This document shows, piece after piece, positions 58,543 to 64,000 of a stretch of 64,000 bases of DNA. Source of the stretch: a virus. Under the pieces are notes generated by a model. The model did no database searches and had not been told where the DNA came from. It was given only the letters and a program-made list of their open reading frames with translations. The position numbers were made by a program, and so were the translations under genes. The stretch is taken from positions 29,152-93,151 of the IMG/VR virus record IMGVR_UViG_3300032285_001316. One strand, 5' to 3'. Within the stretch, counting starts at the first letter, position 1, and the number at the start of each line of letters is the position of its first letter.

Positions 58543-59589
58543 ATGAAAATCGGAGTATATACAATTGCCCTCAATGAAGAGCAATTCGTAAAAACGTGGT
58601 ATGAATCGGCAAAAGAAGCAGACTACCTACTGATTGCAGACACTGGCTCTACAGACAACACTGTAGCCCTAGCTGAATCTCTCGGCATTAATGTCATTCT
58701 TGTTTCCATAAAGCCTTGGCGGTTTGATGATGCTCGCAATGCGTCTCTTGCCGCACTCCCAGATGATCTGGATTATTGCATTGCTTTAGATATGGATGAG
58801 GTCCTTCTTCCTGGTTGGAGGAAAGATCTTAAAGGAATGTTGGAACAAAGTATTACTAGACCGCGTTATCAGTACACCTGGTCATGGAAAAGTGATGGAT
58901 CTCCTGGACTCCAATACGGCGGGGACAAGATCCATGCACGTCACGGCTATCGCTGGAGACATCCTGTTCACGAGGTGTTAGTTACTGATCGTACTGCTGA
59001 AATTCAGGGATGGTGTGGCCTTGAGATTCATCATCATCCAGATAACTCAAAGCCTCGTAGTCAGTATCACCCTTTGCTTAAAGTAGCGGTGGACGAGGAT
59101 CCCCACGATGATCGTAATGCCTATTATTACGCCCGTGAACTTTATTTTGCTGGAATGTATCACGAAGCTGCTGCAGAATTTCGTCGTCATTTAAGCCTTC
59201 CTAAAGCGGTTTGGAAGCCTGAGCGAGCTGCGTCAATGAGGTATCTTGCTAAGGTAGACCCCGAAAACGCAAGTAAGTGGCTTCTTGCAGCTATCTTAGA
59301 AGACCCCACTCGACGTGAAGCCCTTGTGGAAAATGCACTTCTTGCATACTCCAATTCAAATTGGGCGGAATGTTATGAGTCTGCCAGGGAAGCTCTTGCT
59401 ATTACTGAAAAGCCTCTTGATTATTTGTGTGAGGAATTTGCTTGGGGAGCAACCCCATATGACCTAGCCGCCTTATCGGCGTACCATCTTGGCCATAAAG
59501 GCGAGGCTATTGCATACGGCAAAGAGGCCCTAGCTCTAGAACCAGACAACGAACGTTTGCAGCGGAACCTCTCCTTTTATCGGTCATAA
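58543..59589 (+). CDS. GT2 glycosyltransferase with TPR domain
   Basis: IALNEE, ADTGSTD, F..ARN..L, LDMDE, VHE, TPR helices. Confidence 0.88.
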   Translation: MKIGVYTIALNEEQFVKTWYESAKEADYLLIADTGSTDNTVALAESLGINVILVSIKPWRFDDARNASLAALPDDLDYCIALDMDEVLLPGWRKDLKGMLEQSITRPRYQYTWSWKSDGSPGLQYGGDKIHARHGYRWRHPVHEVLVTDRTAEIQGWCGLEIHHHPDNSKPRSQYHPLLKVAVDEDPHDDRNAYYYARELYFAGMYHEAAAEFRRHLSLPKAVWKPERAASMRYLAKVDPENASKWLLAAILEDPTRREALVENALLAYSNSNWAECYESAREALAITEKPLDYLCEEFAWGATPYDLAALSAYHLGHKGEAIAYGKEALALEPDNERLQRNLSFYRS

Positions 59590-59614
59590 TAGATAGATAT
59601 AGGAAAGGTACCCC

Positions 59615-60178
59615 ATGCGCGGAACTAAGCTACAGGGCAGATTTAACATGGACTATGAGTCCAAGTCCATGTACGAGGGCATCGCAGAAGACCTGGGCGG
59701 TACTGTTGGCCAAGAAGTGCAGTGGTTCCGTTGGCAAGAATACTTCCTAGAGCAGAACTACACGGATATTGTTGACGATGTCTATGATGTTTCCAGCTCT
59801 GTTCCTGGCAAGGGTAAGCGCTGGATGCTTCCATTCAATATGCCTACTGTTATGGCTCAAGTTATTCGTGGTACCAACGTTATGAACGAACGTGGTTTCT
59901 ATGTTTCAGATACGCTCCGTCTTGTTATGAATGTTGGTGATGTACAACGTATGTTGCCAGGGCTTATCACAGACTCTAATGCCCACATTAAAGATCGCGT
60001 GATATACCGTGGTGAAGTCTACGTGCCTACACGTGTTCTTCCTCGTGGTTCCTTTGGATATCGATGGGCTGTAGTCACAGTTGACTTTAACCAAGTTAAT
60101 CCTGAAGAACTTGTCAATGATCCACAGTTCCAGAAGTATGCTCTGGGCCCAGTTAACGAGCCTCGAGATGCCGTTTAA
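59615..60178 (+). CDS. Head closure/stopper-like protein
   Basis: Position; KDRV.Y.G..Y beta pattern. Confidence 0.5.
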   Translation: MRGTKLQGRFNMDYESKSMYEGIAEDLGGTVGQEVQWFRWQEYFLEQNYTDIVDDVYDVSSSVPGKGKRWMLPFNMPTVMAQVIRGTNVMNERGFYVSDTLRLVMNVGDVQRMLPGLITDSNAHIKDRVIYRGEVYVPTRVLPRGSFGYRWAVVTVDFNQVNPEELVNDPQFQKYALGPVNEPRDAV

Positions 60179-60293
60179 GTCACAGGCGCAGCGCGCATTT
60201 ATGTATGCCACTAAGCCAGAAATGGCTAAAGAGTGGGAAAAAGAAACTCCTAAAAAGAAACTTCCTAAGAAGGTAAAGAAAAATGGCAAGTGA
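60168..60293 (+). CDS. Small Lys-rich protein MPFKSQAQ...
   Basis: Coupled ORF. Confidence 0.55.
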   Translation: MPFKSQAQRAFMYATKPEMAKEWEKETPKKKLPKKVKKNGK

Positions 60294-60624
60294 AGCATGG
60301 CAACGTAAAGAAGGCCAGAACGCCAGGGGTGGTCTAAATGAAAAGGGCCGCAAGTCTTACGAGGCTGCACACCCTGGATCTGACCTAAAGCCTCCCGTTA
60401 AGCACGAGGCTAAGACCACCGAACAGAAGAAGCGTCAGGGTTCCTTCCTGGTTCGCATGGGTTCTTCCGACGGTCCTTTATATAAAGACGGTGAAAAGAC
60501 GCGTCTTAAGCTAAGCTTGGAGGCCTGGGGCCACTACGGTGACAAATCATCGGCTGTAGCTAAGGGACACCGACTGCTTTCCCAGGTACAGAATGCTAAG
60601 GAACATGGCAATGGCGGAAGTTAA
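60283..60624 (+). CDS. Basic phage protein (AWQRKEG.N..GGLN.KGR)
   Basis: Recurrent phage motif; function unknown. Confidence 0.6.
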   Translation: MASEAWQRKEGQNARGGLNEKGRKSYEAAHPGSDLKPPVKHEAKTTEQKKRQGSFLVRMGSSDGPLYKDGEKTRLKLSLEAWGHYGDKSSAVAKGHRLLSQVQNAKEHGNGGS

Positions 60625-60832
60625 AGCTGGTGGTGAAAACCACAGAGTTTATAAAAAAACCGACAACCGAGGTAAGGGTAATGTCGGGGATATTATTGTT
60701 GATCACACTGACCGCAAGGGCGGCCCCTGGGATGTAATCAATCTTACTCAAATGGGCGGCACAAAAACAATCGCTGAGGGAATAAAGGCCACTAAGGACT
60801 GGCACAAGATTGACCAGAGGGATAAGAAGTAA
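60611..60832 (+). CDS. Hypothetical protein
   Basis: Coupled ORF. Confidence 0.55.
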   Translation: MAEVKAGGENHRVYKKTDNRGKGNVGDIIVDHTDRKGGPWDVINLTQMGGTKTIAEGIKATKDWHKIDQRDKK

Positions 60833-60990
60833 TGGCTAAAGAAGTCTGGGACAAGAAAAACCCTAAGAAGAGCCACAAAGACCTGACGACTAAGCAGGAA
60901 TCAGCAGCTAAAGCACGAGCAAAAACTGCTGGTAGGCCGTACCCTAACCTCGTAGATAATATGGCCGTTGCTAGAAAGAAGAAGAAGTAA
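60832..60990 (+). CDS. 52-aa Lys-rich protein (AGRPYPNLVDNM), not in ORF track
   Basis: TAATG coupling at both ends. Confidence 0.6.
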   Translation: MAKEVWDKKNPKKSHKDLTTKQESAAKARAKTAGRPYPNLVDNMAVARKKKK

Positions 60991-61283
60991 TGGCTGAAGT
61001 TAAGGTGGGGACTCGCAAGAAGTTTGGCCCATACAAGGGTTCTGCTCAGAACGGTGGGCGTGAAATCTACGTATGGAAGGTCAAGACGGCTACTGGCTGG
61101 AAGACTGAGTCCAAGAACAAGGCACGTGAGGACTACGAGCAGAAGTCTGGTCGTAAGCTTCCTAAGGGAACTGACGTAGATCACAAAAACAACAAGCACT
61201 CGGATGACCGTGCGTCTAACCTTCGTCCACTTAAGCACGGAGCAAATACAGCTAAAGAAAACAAACGGAGAGCAGGTAAGTAA
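60990..61283 (+). CDS. Small HNH-motif protein
   Basis: DVDHKNN...D...SNL......N. Confidence 0.65.
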   Translation: MAEVKVGTRKKFGPYKGSAQNGGREIYVWKVKTATGWKTESKNKAREDYEQKSGRKLPKGTDVDHKNNKHSDDRASNLRPLKHGANTAKENKRRAGK

Positions 61284-61429
61284 TGGTAGCTAAGCGTAAG
61301 CCCGATCCCCTGGAGCACCTCAAGAAGCCCACACGTATTGCGCATCCCGAAAAGGCGCGTGATCAGAAGATCATTGAGCGCAAGAATAAGGGCCGAGAAG
61401 TATCTAAGGCAAAACGAGGAGTAAAGTAA
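61283..61429 (+). CDS. 48-aa basic protein (not in ORF track)
   Basis: TAATG coupling. Confidence 0.5.
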   Translation: MVAKRKPDPLEHLKKPTRIAHPEKARDQKIIERKNKGREVSKAKRGVK

Positions 61430-61474
61430 TGTGTAACGGAAACTGCACCTGCGGAAAGCAAAAGGAACAAAACA

Positions 61475-61696
61475 ATGGCAACTAAGTCTTACGAAAAAGG
61501 CAAATACACTGAGTCTAAGGACAAAGTAAAAGACGCGGCAATGACAAAGAATCTTACCCCAGAGCAGAAGAAGCGCTTTGAGGCCGAAGACAAGAAGCAC
61601 GCGGCTAAGAAGAAGCCCAAGACCATGCAAGAAGACAAGAAGATCGACGCAAAGATTATCAAAAAGATTGTTAAGACTACTCCCAAAAAGAAGTAG
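61475..61696 (+). CDS. Very Lys-rich small protein
   Basis: AAAGGA RBS; about one third Lys. Confidence 0.6.
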   Translation: MATKSYEKGKYTESKDKVKDAAMTKNLTPEQKKRFEAEDKKHAAKKKPKTMQEDKKIDAKIIKKIVKTTPKKK

Positions 61697-61712
61697 CTCC
61701 AAAACAAACATT

Positions 61713-61740
61713 AAGGCCCTTGCTTAGCAGGGGCCTTTTT
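61713..61740 (+). terminator. Intrinsic terminator
   Basis: AAGGCCCTTGC-TTA-GCAGGGGCCTT-TTT. Confidence 0.75.
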
Positions 61741-61755
61741 GCTACGCTAACTGCT

Positions 61756-62121
61756 ATGGCAAAGGAACGTCACCTCCTTACGGAGATCGATGAAGATACG
61801 CTTATTGCGTTTTGTGAGGTTTGTGACACCCTTGTCAAAATCATATCTACAGGTAAGTACAAGGCTAATGGTGACATCTACTGGCGGTGTAAAAACGCAC
61901 ATCGTCGTGCCACACTAGACAAGAGTGCCCCTTGGCGCAAGCACAAGAAGTCTTACTGCGAAGAGTGTGGGTTTATTGCGTTAGTTCCGTCTCAACTACA
62001 TGTTGATCACATTGACGGTGACAAACAAAACAACGACATCAGTAACTACCAAACGCTGTGCGCTAACTGCCATGCCTACAAGACTCACCGCAATGCGGAC
62101 TGGATGTCCAAGAAAGTTTAG
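61756..62121 (+). CDS. HNH endonuclease
   Basis: CEEC...LHVDHIDG...NN...N.QTLCANCH; leaderless after TGCTACGCT. Confidence 0.85.
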   Translation: MAKERHLLTEIDEDTLIAFCEVCDTLVKIISTGKYKANGDIYWRCKNAHRRATLDKSAPWRKHKKSYCEECGFIALVPSQLHVDHIDGDKQNNDISNYQTLCANCHAYKTHRNADWMSKKV

Positions 62122-62221
62122 CCAATCATCGGCTAGCTAAATCCCGTATCCTTAATACGTGGGACTCCATGCGGACCCCATCTACATTTATGTAGTCTGC
62201 GCCTGTAAAAGGGATTTTGCG

Positions 62222-62431
62222 ATGTCTTCTCCAAAATTTACGCCCTGGTGGAAGAAAGTCAATGACTATCTTTCATTCGAAGAGCGGAAAGAGTTCGTCC
62301 AAGGAGCGAATGGTCTTCGACCAAACCTTCCAACAGATGTTCTCATGGGTTTGCTCAGCTCAGGCTATGTAAACAACAAATTCGAGAAGCCGCAATCCTA
62401 CACAGGCAAGAGCAGTGAAAAAGATATTTAG
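62222..62431 (+). CDS. Hypothetical protein
   Basis: AAGGGA RBS. Confidence 0.5.
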   Translation: MSSPKFTPWWKKVNDYLSFEERKEFVQGANGLRPNLPTDVLMGLLSSGYVNNKFEKPQSYTGKSSEKDI

Positions 62432-62726
62432 CGAAGCTTTTGAAAAAGCATCTAAGCGAGTAGCTGCTGACATGTCCAAGCAGCTAACGCGTAATGCTGT
62501 TCGTGATGGCTGGCACCCTGACGTAGCTGCTGGCCTTACCGTGTCTTACTCTGATGGCACGTTCAGTTCGAGCCATGCTCCTGAGCACTCTACCGCAGTA
62601 TTTGACATGGAATACGGTACAGAGACAACTGCGCCTAAAGCAACAATTAGGAAAATGCAGAACAGCACAAAAGAGATCTCAGATCGATTTTCCGTCCTTT
62701 ACGAAAAGATCTTGGTGAAATTATGA
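62415..62726 (+). CDS. Neck/tail-completion-like protein
   Basis: EYGT motif; position. Confidence 0.5.
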   Translation: MKKIFSEAFEKASKRVAADMSKQLTRNAVRDGWHPDVAAGLTVSYSDGTFSSSHAPEHSTAVFDMEYGTETTAPKATIRKMQNSTKEISDRFSVLYEKILVKL

Positions 62727-63391
62727 GCCAGTTTCTAATTAATGAAGATAAGGCACTCAGGGAGAAACTCCAGGGCATTACTGTGCACGATCAGGCTGCG
62801 GACGGAGCTATGACCCCTCGTAAAGTGGGGGTGTTCTTTGGACAGCCTGATCAGGAGCTTAGGGCGCAGAACTACCCCTATATCACCATTGACATGGTTG
62901 ATATTCAGCGTGATACCCAGCGAGAGATGCGCGGCATTACTAATGCTGAATACCTCAAACCCAATAATTTTGGAATCGATGGAGCAACAGAGTTCTCCGT
63001 AGACCTACCAATTCCAGTAAACATTGACTATCAAATTACAACCTATTCACGACACCCTCGACACGATCGTGAGATCTTGTCGCAGATGCTAACAAGCAGA
63101 CTCCAAAGATTTGGGTATCTAGAAATCGTAGAGAACACCGTGACCAGTGGGAACACTGAAACTGTCACGTCTACTTTCCGACGTATGGATCTCATTAATG
63201 TTGCAAAACGCGACAGTAACAGCGAGCAAGCAAAACGCTTATTCGTAAATGCATTTTCTGTTCGAGTATCTTCGGAAGTCGTACAGTCTGCATACCGAGC
63301 AATTTACAAGGTACTCGAAGTTCACGTCGATATGCCTTCAGGTGGTCGAGAAAACCACTTTGATGGTATTGGCGAGTTCGTAATCCCGTAA
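62723..63391 (+). CDS. Tail terminator-like protein
   Basis: YPYITI, P.PVNIDYQI; immediately upstream of sheath. Confidence 0.55.
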   Translation: MSQFLINEDKALREKLQGITVHDQAADGAMTPRKVGVFFGQPDQELRAQNYPYITIDMVDIQRDTQREMRGITNAEYLKPNNFGIDGATEFSVDLPIPVNIDYQITTYSRHPRHDREILSQMLTSRLQRFGYLEIVENTVTSGNTETVTSTFRRMDLINVAKRDSNSEQAKRLFVNAFSVRVSSEVVQSAYRAIYKVLEVHVDMPSGGRENHFDGIGEFVIP

Positions 63392-63441
63392 CACTATTCG
63401 TAACCCCCTGAAATAATCACCCCCTAGTTAGGAGACTATCC

Positions 63442-64000
63442 ATGACGACTTATAATCGTCCAGGAGTTTATGTGAATGAACTCCCGCTGGCAGCTGCACC
63501 AATTAACGGTGCTCTTGCTGCTACTGCGGCTGGTGCCGTTATCGGTGCCTTCCCCCAGGGTCCTGACAACGTTACACTCGTCACATCGTGGTACGACTTC
63601 GTAAAGAAGTTTGGTGGCTACAGCAAGTCCTACCCTGCGACTTTTGCTGTTGGCTCGTTCTTTAAGAACGGTGGCACAGAGCTGTACGTTAAGCGGATCC
63701 TTCCTGCAGCTGCAAAGAAGGTAGCTAAGGTAACCATTCCTTCGGCTCCCATTTCTGCTTCTGCAACCGTTTCAAAGGTATCGCTAACAAGCAACGTGGC
63801 AACTATCACCACGTCCGCTCCTCACGGCATTACTGCATCTGACCAGGTTGTTACTATTGCTGGTCTGACAAGTGGTAACACCGTATTCAACGGTACGTGG
63901 ACCATCTCGGGTCACACTACCACCACGGTTAGTTTTGCGCTGACACACACCAACATTACCGAAGCAAATGTTACGGGTACCATGACTTACTCGTACAGCC
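63442..64000 (+). CDS. Tail sheath protein, N-terminal part (runs off window)
   Basis: MTTYNRPGVYVNE...G...QGP...LVTSW.DF.KKFGG...FFKNGG..LYVKRI. Confidence 0.9.
   Translation, partial: MTTYNRPGVYVNELPLAAAPINGALAATAAGAVIGAFPQGPDNVTLVTSWYDFVKKFGGYSKSYPATFAVGSFFKNGGTELYVKRILPAAAKKVAKVTIPSAPISASATVSKVSLTSNVATITTSAPHGITASDQVVTIAGLTSGNTVFNGTWTISGHTTTTVSFALTHTNITEANVTGTMTYSYS

Overview
The whole window is part of a large lytic-type actinobacteriophage genome. Three WhiB genes, a ClgR-like regulator and many leaderless starts point to an actinobacterial host. A tail sheath at the right edge indicates a myovirus, and the gene order is reminiscent of Bxz1/cluster C-like and freshwater actinophage genomes (inference). 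Layout: (1) 1-4.7 kb (+) recombination and regulation: RecA, Hjc-like resolvase, WhiB, Cas4-like nuclease, DUF1599, RuvC, SpoVS. (2) 4.7-9.9 kb (+) low-complexity unknown proteins. (3) 10-13.85 kb (+) nucleotidyltransferase / HAD / TGT-like trio. (4) 13.95-24.3 kb (-) probable early block: two WhiB, HicA-like, ClgR-like, pyrimidine-dimer glycosylase, MoxR AAA + vWA, DUF3846, plus a canonical type II hammerhead ribozyme and hairpin-dense non-coding DNA. (5) 24.9-35.8 kb accessory and lysis genes: GNAT, Cys-His-Asp enzyme, CHAP lysin with C-terminal TM helices, class Ic RNR beta, two candidate ncRNAs, NlpC/P60, tRNA-Thr, HNH, thioredoxin, HAD. (6) 35.8-64 kb virion genes: terminase, portal, scaffold, major capsid, EndoVII, collagen-like and modular fibres, GT2-TPR glycosyltransferase, small basic proteins, tail sheath. 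Most notable: the hammerhead ribozyme; a promoter-driven small RNA displaying a perfect anti-Shine-Dalgarno loop; two tandem structured ncRNA candidates; short terminal peptide tags (EHFxAG and NxxQF) shared by unrelated proteins; a shuffled fibre-tip cassette; and strong strand- and region-specific oligonucleotide biases. All assignments come from motif recognition by eye; no searches were run.
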